From positions 2,784,001-2,848,000 of the forward strand of contig OY769902.1 of NCBI GenBank assembly GCA_963669175.1: a DNA stretch of 64,000 nt, written 5' to 3'. Every line of letters begins with the position of its first letter. Within the stretch, counting starts at the first letter, position 1. Position numbers and translations under genes: made by a program. Positions 36,644 to 47,900 of the stretch are shown here, piece after piece. The stretch comes from a bacterium (lineage in GTDB: Bacteria > Electryoneota > Electryoneia > Electryoneales > Electryoneaceae). The notes beneath the pieces are model-generated. The model did not search any database, was not told where the DNA came from, and was given only the letters and a program-made list of their open reading frames with translations.

Positions 36644-37178
36644 TAAGAATAAAATTGTTCATGATTTTATTTTGTCATAACAAGATTGCCGGGAAAAGGG
36701 GACGGGATCCTTTTCCTCGCACTCATACAGAATCCGCTTGCAGCATTCATGGAGAAGGAAACTGTACCAGATTTTTCGCCTGCAGCAGGAGGGGGCCAGG
36801 CAGGAAAAAGCTGGGACAGCCACCTTTTCGCAACGTGATTCTCGGAAATCAATGCTCAGGCGTAGAAATCATATATGGTTAGCAACCAACGGCATATCGC
36901 AGGCGAAAAGCGTGGCAGTCCCCATTTTCCATCAGTAGTTCCACATCTTCATCGAATATCCCAGCGCTGTCACAAGAATAGCTTACCCGTAGGAAATTGT
37001 GAGGCGCCTGTTTTTATGGAAAATACCCATACCCAAACGGGGTAATATTTCCAAGTTCACGACTCGAGCGGCACATCTTTCCCTACCCCGGAGAGGGCTA
37101 CCCTCCCAAAAGCTGATATTCTGAAAAACTGGCTCTCCTCGTTTAGTAAAAACAAGAAGTTAAAGTAGGACGAGACCC

Positions 37179-37194
37179 GGGCATAACCTTTGCT
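37179..37194 (+). promoter_or_regulatory. sigma54 promoter of the flgF operon
   Basis: GGGCAT-AACCT-TTGCT (GG-N10-GC), ~55 bp upstream of flgF. Confidence 0.7.
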
Positions 37195-37249
37195 TTTCCT
37201 CCGATGACAGGAGGCTTTACGCCTAGCATCCGACGGAAAGGCAGAGGGT

Positions 37250-37996
37250 ATGATCAAGGGTATCTACCATTCCTCTGCGGGCATGATCGCCCGTGAATAC
37301 AAGCTTCGCACGGTAGCAAGCAACCTTGCCAATGCTAACACCAGTGGCTTCAAGGCCGACCGGCGTGCGTTCCGAACGAACGTAGATAACGAACTGGTCC
37401 AGTCCGGCCCCTGGGGTGATCCCACTCGGACCAAAGACCTCGAGGAAGGTTTGTACACGGACTGGAGCGGCGGTCCCATTGAAAAAACAGGTGTCCAGAC
37501 CCAGTTCGCGCTGAATGGCGAAGGTTTCTTCGAGGTTCTGGATAAGCAGGCGGATGAGGTTGTCTACACCCGTAACGGCCATTTCCACATGGACGAGAAT
37601 GGCTTCCTGGTGACGTCTTCCGGTATGAACATGCTGGACGACCGTGGCACTCCTGTACAGATCGTTGGCAATCAATTCCTGGTTTCTGAAGATGGAAGCA
37701 TCTGGCAGGATGGTGTCAAGACCGGGAAAATCAAGCTGGTTGAATTTGAAGATACAACCAAGCTGGAGAAGAAGGGCGACAGCATCTGGTTCAACATCGA
37801 TCCTGACCAGGAGCCGAAAACAGCTACTGATATCGAGATCATGCAGGGCTTCCTGGAAAAATCCAACGTGGTCGTAGTCCGTGAGATGGTAGACATGATC
37901 GAGCTGAATCGTGCCTATGAAGCTTCTTCACGAGTGTTGACTGCACAGGATCAGACCCTTTCCAAGGCTGTCAATCAAGTTGGTCGAGTACAGTAA
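37250..37996 (+). CDS. flgF: Flagellar rod protein FlgF
   Basis: MIKGIY..ASNLANANTSGFK, ALNGEGFF, YTRNGHF, QGFLEKSNV; directly upstream of flgG. Confidence 0.92.
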   Translation: MIKGIYHSSAGMIAREYKLRTVASNLANANTSGFKADRRAFRTNVDNELVQSGPWGDPTRTKDLEEGLYTDWSGGPIEKTGVQTQFALNGEGFFEVLDKQADEVVYTRNGHFHMDENGFLVTSSGMNMLDDRGTPVQIVGNQFLVSEDGSIWQDGVKTGKIKLVEFEDTTKLEKKGDSIWFNIDPDQEPKTATDIEIMQGFLEKSNVVVVREMVDMIELNRAYEASSRVLTAQDQTLSKAVNQVGRVQ

Positions 37997-38034
37997 ACAA
38001 CCATTTTTCATAGTCGTAATGGAGGGACTTCACC

Positions 38035-38823
38035 ATGATGCGATCGCTTTATACAGCCGCAAGTGGGATGTATGCGGAGCAGACGTATCTGGATACGATT
38101 GCGCATAACCTGGCAAACGTCAATACCACATCCTATAAAAAGACCCAGATCGAATTTCAGGATCTGATTTACCAGACCATACAGGCGGCTAATTCGCACC
38201 GTAACCTGGGTGTGGTAGTGCCGACCGAAATGCGTATGGGGCATGGTGTCAAGCCTGTGGCTATAGAAAAGGTCCACAGCCAGGGTACGCCGACTCAGAC
38301 CAGCAATCCGCTGGATATTGCCATTGAAGGCGAAGGATTCTTCCGGATTGTACGTGGTGATAACACCTTCGCATACACTCGCGATGGCAATTTCAAGCGC
38401 AGTTCCGATGGTGAGATTGTCACATCTGACGGTTTCCATCTGGACCCGCCCATCGTAGTCCCGGATGATACTCTTGATCTGAATATCACGGCAGATGGCG
38501 CTGTGTTAGCGCGTCTTGCCGATGAGGTAGACTACGAAGAAATCGGGCAGATCGACCTGGTCCGTTTCACCAACCCCGCCGGACTGAAACCTATCGGCAG
38601 AAACCTGTACCTGGAAACATCCTCTTCCGGACCGCCGATTGAAGGGCAGCCAACGGTTGAGGAATTCGGTTCTCTGGCACAGGGATACCTGGAAGCCTCG
38701 AACGTACAGGTTGTCGAAGAAATGGTCCAGATGATTTCAGCTCAACGCGCTTATGAAGTCAATTCCAAGGCGATCAAGACTGCCGATACCATGCTGCAAA
38801 CCGCCAACAACCTGAAGCACTAA
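38035..38823 (+). CDS. flgG: Flagellar distal rod protein FlgG
   Basis: MMRSLYTAASGM, FQDLIYQ, F.NPAGL..GRNLY, QGYLEASNVQVVEEMV. Confidence 0.97.
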   Translation: MMRSLYTAASGMYAEQTYLDTIAHNLANVNTTSYKKTQIEFQDLIYQTIQAANSHRNLGVVVPTEMRMGHGVKPVAIEKVHSQGTPTQTSNPLDIAIEGEGFFRIVRGDNTFAYTRDGNFKRSSDGEIVTSDGFHLDPPIVVPDDTLDLNITADGAVLARLADEVDYEEIGQIDLVRFTNPAGLKPIGRNLYLETSSSGPPIEGQPTVEEFGSLAQGYLEASNVQVVEEMVQMISAQRAYEVNSKAIKTADTMLQTANNLKH

Positions 38824-38832
38824 GGGTAGGCT

Positions 38833-39570
38833 ATGACGATTTTTAACCGATACCTGGTAATCGCTGTGCTGGCGCTGGTAACCGTGTTATCCGCTTATGC
38901 GCAGAATGAAAAAGGATTACCGGAACCCGTTGTCAAAGCAGTCGATTCCTACTTGTCGGATATCTATGGGGATGACCTGGTGGCATGGACTCCGACTTCG
39001 ACACGCAATGTCCTTGAGGTGCCTGCGGATGTTGAGTGTGAAGTCGTTGATACCGGTTTGCCACGTGGGAATACCATTCTCACGGTGAACATGAACCGCC
39101 GGGGACGTATCTGGAAACGAGTTCCGGTGAGTTGCCGGGTTCTGGCATTTGCCTGGGTGCCGACTGCCGGAACGGATCTTGATCGTCATACCACACTGAC
39201 CTCGGACAATATTCGCTGGGAGCGCCGCGAGATCACGACAATCCGTGGCCGCTGGTTCGACAGTCCTTCCGAGATGAATCATACCGTCTGGCGCACCAAC
39301 CGCAAAGTCCGCCGTGGGGATATCCTAACACTGGATTATCTGGAAGAAAAACCGCAGGTGGTCCGTGGACAGTTTATCGATCTGGTTGCCAGTGTGGCCG
39401 GGGTTCAGGTGGAAACAGAAGGGCTGGCGCTGGAAGACGGCAGTATCGGGGACAAAGTACGTGTGAAAAATACCCAGTCCGGGACTCAACTGTACGGGCT
39501 GGTTCAGGGAGAAGGCAAAGTCGAAGTACAGGGAATTATTCAAACCAGAAGGGGGAGGGTATCGCCATGA
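38833..39570 (+). CDS. flgA: P-ring chaperone FlgA
   Basis: Signal peptide, SAF-like region, VVRGQ..GLALEDGSIGDKVRVKNTQSG. Confidence 0.92.
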   Translation: MTIFNRYLVIAVLALVTVLSAYAQNEKGLPEPVVKAVDSYLSDIYGDDLVAWTPTSTRNVLEVPADVECEVVDTGLPRGNTILTVNMNRRGRIWKRVPVSCRVLAFAWVPTAGTDLDRHTTLTSDNIRWERREITTIRGRWFDSPSEMNHTVWRTNRKVRRGDILTLDYLEEKPQVVRGQFIDLVASVAGVQVETEGLALEDGSIGDKVRVKNTQSGTQLYGLVQGEGKVEVQGIIQTRRGRVSP

Positions 39571-40163
39571 AATACCCCGCTATTCTTCTGCTCACGACCA
39601 TGTTGCTCCTGCTGCTGTTGATGCCATGTACGTCAACTGCACAGCGGTTTAACAACGTGGTTGACCGGTCGCTGTATTGCGACAAACAGGCGTTCCATGA
39701 AGGCGATATCGTAACCATTCTCCTGTACGAAGTGACTGAAGGTTCCAACAGCACAGAAACCAGTACCCTGTCTGACAATGAGCTGGATGCCAGCCTGGGT
39801 ACTGGTGGGCTGATGGATCAGATGCTTCGGCCTTTTAACGCCAGCAGCACTCTCCGCAACCGTAACGATTCCGAAGGTAACATCGCCACCCAGGGAAAGC
39901 TGGTGGGCAAAGTTACCGCAATCGTTACAGAGGTTCAGGATACGGGGCTGCTGTCCATTCGCGGAACCCGCATCGTCAACATGAACGGTGAAAAGCAGGA
40001 GACAACCATTACCGGAATGATCCGTCCGGAAGATGTCCGGCCGGATAACACGATTTACAGCTACCAGGTCGCAGAAGCCAATATCAGTTATACGGGTAAG
40101 GGCGTTGCGACTGAAGCTGGTAAACCGGGCGTTCTTGTCCGCATGTGGAATTGGTTGTTCTGA
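39567..40163 (+). CDS. flgH: Flagellar L-ring protein FlgH
   Basis: SLYCDKQAFHEGDIVTI, G.IRPEDV..DNTI.S..VAEA.ISY.GKG. Confidence 0.95.
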   Translation: MKYPAILLLTTMLLLLLLMPCTSTAQRFNNVVDRSLYCDKQAFHEGDIVTILLYEVTEGSNSTETSTLSDNELDASLGTGGLMDQMLRPFNASSTLRNRNDSEGNIATQGKLVGKVTAIVTEVQDTGLLSIRGTRIVNMNGEKQETTITGMIRPEDVRPDNTIYSYQVAEANISYTGKGVATEAGKPGVLVRMWNWLF

Positions 40164-41257
40164 TGAAGAGACTACTCGCGACAATCGTGTTGATGACGCT
40201 CGTCGTATCTGTTGCGTCATCCCAGCCACGGATTAAAGACCTGGCTGATGTTGAAGGGATCAACGAAACACCGCTGATCGGGTATGGCCTGGTCGTAGGT
40301 CTTGAAGGAACCGGTGACAGCCGGCAGGCGCTGTTCACCAACCAGACCTTGCGCAACATGCTGGACCGCTTCGGTATTTCGGTTGAGAGTGATCGTGTTC
40401 GTACCCGCAACATCGCGGGCGTTATGATCACTGCAAACCTTCCCGTTTTCACACGCCCCGGGCAGAAAGCTGATGTCAATGTCTCATCTCTGGGCGATGC
40501 GAAAAGTCTGAACGGTGGCATACTGTTGCTTTCCCCCCTGATCGATCCGGGCGGGGAAGTGTATGGCGTTGCCCAAGGCCCGGTAAGCACTGGCGGATTC
40601 GCGATTTTCTCTGGTGAATCGACTGTAAAACAGAATTCTACTTCCGTTGGACGTGTTCCCAGTGGATTGACTGTTGAAAAAGTGCCGGATGCCAACCTGG
40701 AAGCCTTCTCTGAAGTCAGATATACGCTTCATGAACCGGATGTTACCACAGCGACACGCATTGCCGATGCGATCAACCAGACACTGGGGCAGGATGTTGC
40801 TACGGCCCAGGATCCAGTCAGTGTCGTTGTTGCAATACCGGATGGCTGGCCCGGTGGGGCCATGGGGATGATCGCCCAGACCGAACAACTGGCTGTTATA
40901 CCGGATGTCTACGCCAAGGTGGTTATAAACGAGCGTACCGGAACCGTAGTCGTTGGCGCCAATGTGATGCTGTCCAGCGTGGCGGTTACTCACGGCCCGT
41001 TGTCGATTACTATCGCTTCCACACCGTCTGTAAGCCAGCCGAATGCGTTCTCGGGCGGCCAGACGGTTCAGCAGAACATGACCCAGATACAGGTACAGCA
41101 GAACGGTACACAACTGACTGTGCTGGAAGAATCGACCAATGTTGGCGATGTCGCGCAGGCCTTGAATTCACTGGGGGTGCTGCCGCTTGACATTATCGCC
41201 ATTTTCCAGGCGCTCAAAACCGCGGGCGCTCTACAAGCTGAACTGGTGATCATCTGA
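40163..41257 (+). CDS. flgI: Flagellar P-ring protein FlgI
   Basis: [57 protein letters not shown]. Confidence 0.97.
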   Translation: MKRLLATIVLMTLVVSVASSQPRIKDLADVEGINETPLIGYGLVVGLEGTGDSRQALFTNQTLRNMLDRFGISVESDRVRTRNIAGVMITANLPVFTRPGQKADVNVSSLGDAKSLNGGILLLSPLIDPGGEVYGVAQGPVSTGGFAIFSGESTVKQNSTSVGRVPSGLTVEKVPDANLEAFSEVRYTLHEPDVTTATRIADAINQTLGQDVATAQDPVSVVVAIPDGWPGGAMGMIAQTEQLAVIPDVYAKVVINERTGTVVVGANVMLSSVAVTHGPLSITIASTPSVSQPNAFSGGQTVQQNMTQIQVQQNGTQLTVLEESTNVGDVAQALNSLGVLPLDIIAIFQALKTAGALQAELVII

Positions 41258-42090
41258 TGCCCAGCGAACTCAGCATAGGCGATTTCGGGGTGCTGCATAT
41301 GCCGGATACCCCGGACAAGAATCCCACGCTCCCGACAAAGGACATGAAGGGCGAAGAGCTGTACAACGCCTGCCTGGGATTTGAGGAATACTTCCTCCGC
41401 TACATGCTGAAAGAGATGCGTGGCGAGATGAACATGTTCGGGAGTGACAACCACGCCTCGAAGATGTACCAGGAAATGTTCGATGAAAATATGGCTGCCG
41501 TAATGGCCAAACGTGGCCAGCTTGGTATTGCTGACATGATGTTCAAGCAGTTGTCGAAGGAACTTGGTGTAACTGGGACAATAACATCAGAATATATGGC
41601 TGGAAGCCCGGTGGAACAGAAGCTTGATTCCTTCGATGCATTAACCCGGCAGTCGGCCGAAAGTCACGGGCTTGAACCGGAGCTGTTGCGGGCTGTTATG
41701 CGGCAGGAATCCGGTGGAAATCCCTGGGCAGTATCGAATCGTGGGGCCAAGGGACTGATGCAACTCATGGATGGGACTGCGCGGGAAATGGGAGTTCAGA
41801 ATCCATATGACCCGGCCCAGAACATCGAGGGCGGCGCGGAATACCTGGACAGGATGCTGAGCCTCTTTGACGGTGACACGGAACTGGCCCTGGCTGCCTA
41901 TAACGCAGGTCCAATGGCAGTTCAGCAGTATGGTGGAATCCCGCCATACCCGGAAACGCAGAACTATGTCGCCAATGTGATGAGCATGTACGAAACCTAC
42001 AAGAAAGCCGGATTACAACCTGTTGAACAGGTTGCACAGTCAACATCCGGAAACGCTTTCGAAGCGAACCAGACAGAAGGTGATCAATGA
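41257..42090 (+). CDS. flgJ: FlgJ rod-binding domain fused to an SLT lytic transglycosylase
   Basis: [31 protein letters not shown], then [40 protein letters not shown]. Confidence 0.9.
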   Translation: MPSELSIGDFGVLHMPDTPDKNPTLPTKDMKGEELYNACLGFEEYFLRYMLKEMRGEMNMFGSDNHASKMYQEMFDENMAAVMAKRGQLGIADMMFKQLSKELGVTGTITSEYMAGSPVEQKLDSFDALTRQSAESHGLEPELLRAVMRQESGGNPWAVSNRGAKGLMQLMDGTAREMGVQNPYDPAQNIEGGAEYLDRMLSLFDGDTELALAAYNAGPMAVQQYGGIPPYPETQNYVANVMSMYETYKKAGLQPVEQVAQSTSGNAFEANQTEGDQ

Positions 42091-42590
42091 GCGACGATCT
42101 CGTTAAAAACCTGGTAGAGGCCATCAAGCAGGAAGAAGCGCTGCTGAAGCAGTTCGCAGAGCTGCTTGAAGAGCAGAAGCGTGTTCTGGTGCGCAATGAT
42201 GTGGAAGCGTTTGAAGATACTGTCAACAGGCAGGAAGCGTTGATAGAAGAGATCAAAACGCTTGAAAATCAACGTATTGAACAGGTCAAATTTCTCGCCA
42301 AAGGACTAGGCGAACCTGTATCTGATATCACGATGACACGTCTGGTTGAACTCAGCCTGGGACAGGTGTCCGACGAGCTGGCACAGGCCAAGGAAAGTAT
42401 GAATCAATTGGTGAACCGAATTCAACGTGTCAGCCGGGTGAATCAATATCTGGTGAAGCGTTCGATGAATGTAGCACAGCGCAGTATTGACTGGCTCATT
42501 GATGGCGGTGAAAAAGAAGTGACGTACCTGTCCAACGGGCAGTTGAACAAAAAGAAAATACGTCCCGTTCTGGTCAACCGGACGATGTGA
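42087..42590 (+). CDS. flgN: Flagellar chaperone FlgN
   Basis: All-helical, LE.QR and N..LV motifs, Y..NG near C-terminus; upstream of flgK. Confidence 0.88.
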   Translation: MSDDLVKNLVEAIKQEEALLKQFAELLEEQKRVLVRNDVEAFEDTVNRQEALIEEIKTLENQRIEQVKFLAKGLGEPVSDITMTRLVELSLGQVSDELAQAKESMNQLVNRIQRVSRVNQYLVKRSMNVAQRSIDWLIDGGEKEVTYLSNGQLNKKKIRPVLVNRTM

Positions 42591-42596
42591 GGCCCC

Positions 42597-44006
42597 ATGG
42601 CAAAGGTAACAGGATACTACAGCAACTACACGTTGCAGAGCCTGCTTCAGCAGACGAAGGATAACCTTCTTGCGCAGCAGCAGGCGCAAGCTGTGGTCGG
42701 TAACAACCTGGCCAACATCGATACTGAGGGCTACCACCGTCAGCGGGCGGAACTTGAAACATCCTTTCCAACTGAAACCAAAGCCGGCATTATCGGTGGT
42801 GGGGTTGAGGTTGCTGAAATTGCCCGGATCATTGACCAGTATGCCGAAGACCAGGTGTTGTACGAACAAGGCTCATCCAAACGCTGGGAAGCCGAAAAAC
42901 AGGCGTTGGATGAAGTGGAATCCGTGTTTAGTGAAATGCAGGATTACTCCATTTCCGGCGCCATGGAACAGTTCTGGAATGCCTGGGAAGATCTTGCCAA
43001 CGATCCGGATTCCCTGTCTTCACGCACAAGTGTTATCACAGCAGGCGAAAACCTGTCCAGCGCTTTCCACAATACCACCAGTGGTCTGGAAAGTGTTCAG
43101 CGTTCTCTGAACCTGGATTTGCAGGAAATCGGCGAGCAGGTCAATATCCTCGCTTCGCAGGTTGCCGAGTTGAACCAGGAGATCATGGAGGCCACCGCAA
43201 AGGGAACAGCGCCAAATGATCTGATGGACAAGAGGGATAAACTGATCCTTGAAATGTCTGATCTGGCTGGTGTTACAGTGGAACAAGGTGACCAGAACTC
43301 GGTGACGGTTTATATCGGGGCAGAAGCCATCGTCCATCGTGAAGTTGCTCGTGAAGTCGTCTGGATCAGCGATGATACCAAGGGCAAACATGGCGGGGAT
43401 CTTGCCTGGGCGGATACGCGCACGGCGTTGACCTTCAACGGCGGAGAAGCGATGGGGAAAGTATCTGTGCGTGATGATTACATCCCTGAAGTCATGGCGC
43501 AGTTGGATACGCTGGCCAATACCCTCCGCGACCGTGTTAATGAGCTTCATGCCCAGGGCGTAGCCCGCGATGGCACAACCGGCAACAATTTCTTCCGTTC
43601 GGATACAGAAGGCGCACAGGATATTGCCGTTGATCTGACAATTCTTGATCAACCTCAGAAAGTAGCCGCGTCTTATTCCAGCTCAACGGGCGACAACGAG
43701 CTGGCGCATGACATGTTTGATGTGCAATACGAGGATTCGTTTAACAACGGCCGTATGAGCTATTCTGATTATTATCAAAATATTGTGACCGGTGTCGGAA
43801 CTGAAGTCACGCTTGCTGAAACCAGGCTGGAAGCTGCAACCGCTGCGCTAGAACAGGCGCAAACCTACCAGCAGTCCATTTCCGGCGTAAGCATGGATGA
43901 AGAACTGACACATATGATCACAATCCAGAAGGCATACACCGCGTCAGCACATGTTTTCAACAAGATAGAAGAGATGCTTGCATTGGCGATCAACCTTGGT
44001 GCGTAG
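42597..44006 (+). CDS. flgK: Hook-associated protein 1 FlgK
   Basis: GNNLANIDTEGYHRQR, FWNAWEDLANDP, PNDLMDKRD, SISGVSMDEE. Confidence 0.96.
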   Translation: MAKVTGYYSNYTLQSLLQQTKDNLLAQQQAQAVVGNNLANIDTEGYHRQRAELETSFPTETKAGIIGGGVEVAEIARIIDQYAEDQVLYEQGSSKRWEAEKQALDEVESVFSEMQDYSISGAMEQFWNAWEDLANDPDSLSSRTSVITAGENLSSAFHNTTSGLESVQRSLNLDLQEIGEQVNILASQVAELNQEIMEATAKGTAPNDLMDKRDKLILEMSDLAGVTVEQGDQNSVTVYIGAEAIVHREVAREVVWISDDTKGKHGGDLAWADTRTALTFNGGEAMGKVSVRDDYIPEVMAQLDTLANTLRDRVNELHAQGVARDGTTGNNFFRSDTEGAQDIAVDLTILDQPQKVAASYSSSTGDNELAHDMFDVQYEDSFNNGRMSYSDYYQNIVTGVGTEVTLAETRLEAATAALEQAQTYQQSISGVSMDEELTHMITIQKAYTASAHVFNKIEEMLALAINLGA

Positions 44007-44017
44007 TGAGGTAGAGG

Positions 44018-44944
44018 ATGAGGATTTCATTTCAGACATCGATGAATACCCTGATGGGTGACCTGAACGAACAACGGGCAGAATTGTACCGTTCGCAACA
44101 GGTTGTCAGCTCGACCCTTGAGGTGGAGAAGGCCTCGGATGATCCGATCAAAGCGCGCCAGATCATGCAGCTCAATGGTGAATTGAGCCAGACAGATCAA
44201 TTCGCGACCAATGTTGAAGGCGCGATGACCTATCTCAGCTTTACAGATAACGAGCTGCAGAATGTGCAGGATCTCCTCACCGAAGCGCGCGCACTCGCAG
44301 TTCAGGGCGCCACGGAAACGATGGATGAATCGGACCGTACGGCTGCGGCAGAGCGTGTTGAACAGATCCTGAACGAACTGGTTTCCATTGCCAATTCCCG
44401 TCATGGTGACCGTTATCTCTTCGGTGGATTTAATACCCAGGAAGCGCCCTATGAGCTGGATACCGATCCTGCAACCGGGGAAACGATACAGGTACAGGAT
44501 CTGCCGAGCGGCATGGATGGAGTTATCTATGCCAACATAGGCGAGCAGGAACGTGTCCAGATGAACATTCCCGGTACTGACGTTTTCCAGACAGGCGCTC
44601 CGGGCGATTCCGGTGACATGTTCGATGTGCTGATTGACCTTCGTGACGGATTACAGGATGATGATTCAGAAGCGATCCAGGATACGATTACACGCTTTGA
44701 TGACGCCAGTGATCGGGTTGGCATAGCACGCGCCAAGGTAGGCGGAATCATCATGCGTCTTGAAAATACGGAAAACCGGCTCGCTGCGGACGAAGTCAAT
44801 AAGACTCAATTCCTGAGCGATGCTCAGGATGCGGATATGGCTGAATGGATTCAAAAGCTTGAATTACAGCAGATTGCGCTCGAAATGGCAATGGAAGCAG
44901 GCACACAGACATTCCAGCAATCGTTGCTGAACTTCATCGGTTAA
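44018..44944 (+). CDS. flgL: Hook-associated protein 3 FlgL
   Basis: MRIS..ASDDP, AN..G.RYLFGG, DADMAE..SLLNFI. Confidence 0.96.
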   Translation: MRISFQTSMNTLMGDLNEQRAELYRSQQVVSSTLEVEKASDDPIKARQIMQLNGELSQTDQFATNVEGAMTYLSFTDNELQNVQDLLTEARALAVQGATETMDESDRTAAAERVEQILNELVSIANSRHGDRYLFGGFNTQEAPYELDTDPATGETIQVQDLPSGMDGVIYANIGEQERVQMNIPGTDVFQTGAPGDSGDMFDVLIDLRDGLQDDDSEAIQDTITRFDDASDRVGIARAKVGGIIMRLENTENRLAADEVNKTQFLSDAQDADMAEWIQKLELQQIALEMAMEAGTQTFQQSLLNFIG

Positions 44945-44965
44945 CATAAGTAGGCGGAGAGATAC

Positions 44966-47900
44966 ATGGCGGACCATCGTCAACTGAAGCAAGATGTGGA
45001 CGAACTGCTGAAACGGGTCGGTACAAACGGTTTAATTACGTCCGGGACGAACGGCAAAGAGGATATCCTCAGCACTGCGCTTGCCATTCCCACCCTGGCG
45101 GAACGCGGTTTTGTCGAACTTGCGATCAAACTGGTGGAAAAGCTTTCGAGTCGGCGTGATTTCGAAGGCGGCTGGGATGATCCCTGGACAACACTATTGG
45201 CAACCGAAGGTTTGATTGGGTTGCGCTTGCGTGGTATTCCAGTTCATGGACTGGAAGAGGTCATTGATCAGGCGATCAAGGCGTTGAAAAATGTCGGTAC
45301 TCTGGAAACTTCGGATCGCGAGCTGCGATTGGCTCGTGTCCTGGTGCTGGATGGCCTTTCACGCCGTGACGCTCGCCGTATCGATTCCGGTTTGATTCGT
45401 GCGCGAGCCGCTGTGGATCAAGGTATCAACTTCGATGCTACGAAGTCGGATGCGCTGCATGGTTTGCTATCGCTGGTTGATCTTTTCCTGGTGACTTCGG
45501 ATTCGGCTACTCGTGAACTGGTGGACAAGCGTTCCGATTATATGCAGTTGCGCCATGTTGAATCTTGGAGCGGGGAGGATACGGAAGTCCTCGCAAGGGC
45601 CGGTGTGGTCGCAGAGAAACTGCAACTGATGGAACAGGCGCAGAAGTATTATGAGCTGGCTTCCGGTCAGGAGGCCGCTGAACTATCCACCGCAGCCCTG
45701 AAGCACCGTGTCGAGCTTGGCGCTCGTCTGTATGGTGAAGCGCTGGCCCAGGAAAAAAGTGAAACACCAGCGGAAGAGGTAGTTGCTGCACCTGAATCGG
45801 TTGAAGTTCCAGAAGCAGCGCCAGTTGTTGAACCGGAAGCCGCGATCGTTGAAGAAGAACCTGTTCAGGCGAAACAGGAACTCCCGAAACCAGCGGCAAA
45901 AACCAATACCACATCAGAAGATTATAGTTCATTTCCCGCTTATCATGATCCCGGTGACGAGATTCATCGTGGTGTATCGGTCATCCTTCTACATGGTTCA
46001 GACGCACAGTCTTTGCAGACAACGCTGGAAGCCTTGAATCGTCAAACGGTGCTGCCGGTAGATGTAACTATCGTTCATACTGGCAATTATCGCCTGGATA
46101 CCACGTGCGCTTTCCGGTTTGATGTCCGCCAGCTTGTTGTGGACAGCCTTGATACAGAAGGCAGGAAGTGGAACCAGGCTGCCGGATTGAGCCAGGGCGA
46201 CTGGCTGTGGGTACTGCCGGAAGGGCTGACGCCAAAGGCTGCGACTATACAGGCCGTGCTGCAATCTGTCGAAAACAATACGGATGCGGTATTTCTTGAA
46301 GCGGATGAAGGTGAACGTATTCAGGTAATGGATGCGATGGCATTCGAGCCCGTTATCGGTCCGGAACAGATCTTCATCAGGCGGACTTCACTGAAGAACG
46401 GTTTTAATGAATCCATGCTGGCAAATCCCATATGGCCTGTGTTGCTGACAGACCTGAAAGATGCTGCGTGGGTTGACTGTAATATGGGGAATGATGTAGG
46501 ATTTGACGGAGAAGTGAAAGTATCACTTGATGGTCAATTGAACACGATTCATGATTTCTTCCGGCTTTCAATCATGCTTGATGATAGTACGGAAATTGTC
46601 CAGCGCCGAGGAGAAAAGGCCCAGTTGTACCGGCGGTTGGCCTATGAAGAATATCGTCGTGCCGGGAAACCGCTGGTCAGTATCGTCATTCCGCACTACA
46701 ACCTGCCTGACATGCTGGAGAAGTGCATTGACAGCATCGTGGATAACACGGAACAGGTATCCTTCGAAATCATCGTCGTGGACAACGGCAGCGATAACAC
46801 CTCGAAGGAACTGATTGACAAGCTGGAAGGCTACGGGGTTCTGTACTTGCGGAACCGCAAGAACGAAGGTTTTGCCCGTGCAGTGAATCGCGGGATTCGT
46901 GAAGCACACGGCGAGTACGTCCTGTTGTTGAACAACGATACCGAAGTTCGCGGTGGCTGGTTGCAGGCAATGATGGCTGCCCAGCAGGAAACAGGGGCGG
47001 AGATTGTCGGCGCACGATTGCATTATCCGGATGGTTCCGTGCAGCATGCCGGGATTGTTTTCGATCATGAAGACATTCCTTCGCATATCTATGCTAAGGG
47101 GCCATCTGATCTGCCGATGATTTATAAACGTAGGTATTTCCAAGCGGTTACGGCTGCCTGCATGATGGTGAAACGTGATGTATACCTGCGGCTTGGCGGA
47201 ATGGACGAAGGCTACCGCAATGGCTGGGAAGATGTTGATTTCTGTTTGCGCGCACGTCAGCAGGGATTCAGGATTGTCTATGAACCCGGCGCCGAGCTGG
47301 TCCACTATACGGAGCAGACATCCGGTCGTAAGGACCACGAAGAAGACAATGCCCGTCGTTTCCTGATGACGTGGGGTGGACGGATTGAGCAGGATCTCCA
47401 GCGCTATGCGAACCTTGACGGTTTCGACGTGGAAATTCGGGACGGGAAATCCATCCTGAAGCCGAATGACAAGGCCCAGCAGGCGTATACGGAATTCAAC
47501 GCCAGCCAGTTGGGGATCAATGTCAACAGGGAAAAACCGGTTGCCGCACCAGCTCCGTACACACCGAAACCGCCCAAAACGGAAGAAGAGAACCTTTCCG
47601 ACTTGATTGCCCGGGCGGACCTGATGATCAAGGAAGGCAATTTCGAGGATGCAGAAGAGACGCTGAAGGGTGGCGCGCACAAGGTAAACGGTAATGTCAA
47701 GCAACGTGCTCTGTACTGGACCTTGCTTGGCGATGCACGGTTCCGGCTGGAACGCAGTGATGATGCGCTGGATTGCTATAAAAGGGCCGTAAACGACGAT
47801 CCCAGCGCACAACGCGCCTGGGTTGGTATAGGAACCTATCACCTGGTTCACGACGAACTGGAGCAGGCTGAAGACATTTTCGGCAAGGTTGTAAAACTGG

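Noticed and set aside
36640-36938. Short ORFs in the gap before flgF
   Set aside because: No SD, motifs or coding-like composition; treated as non-coding
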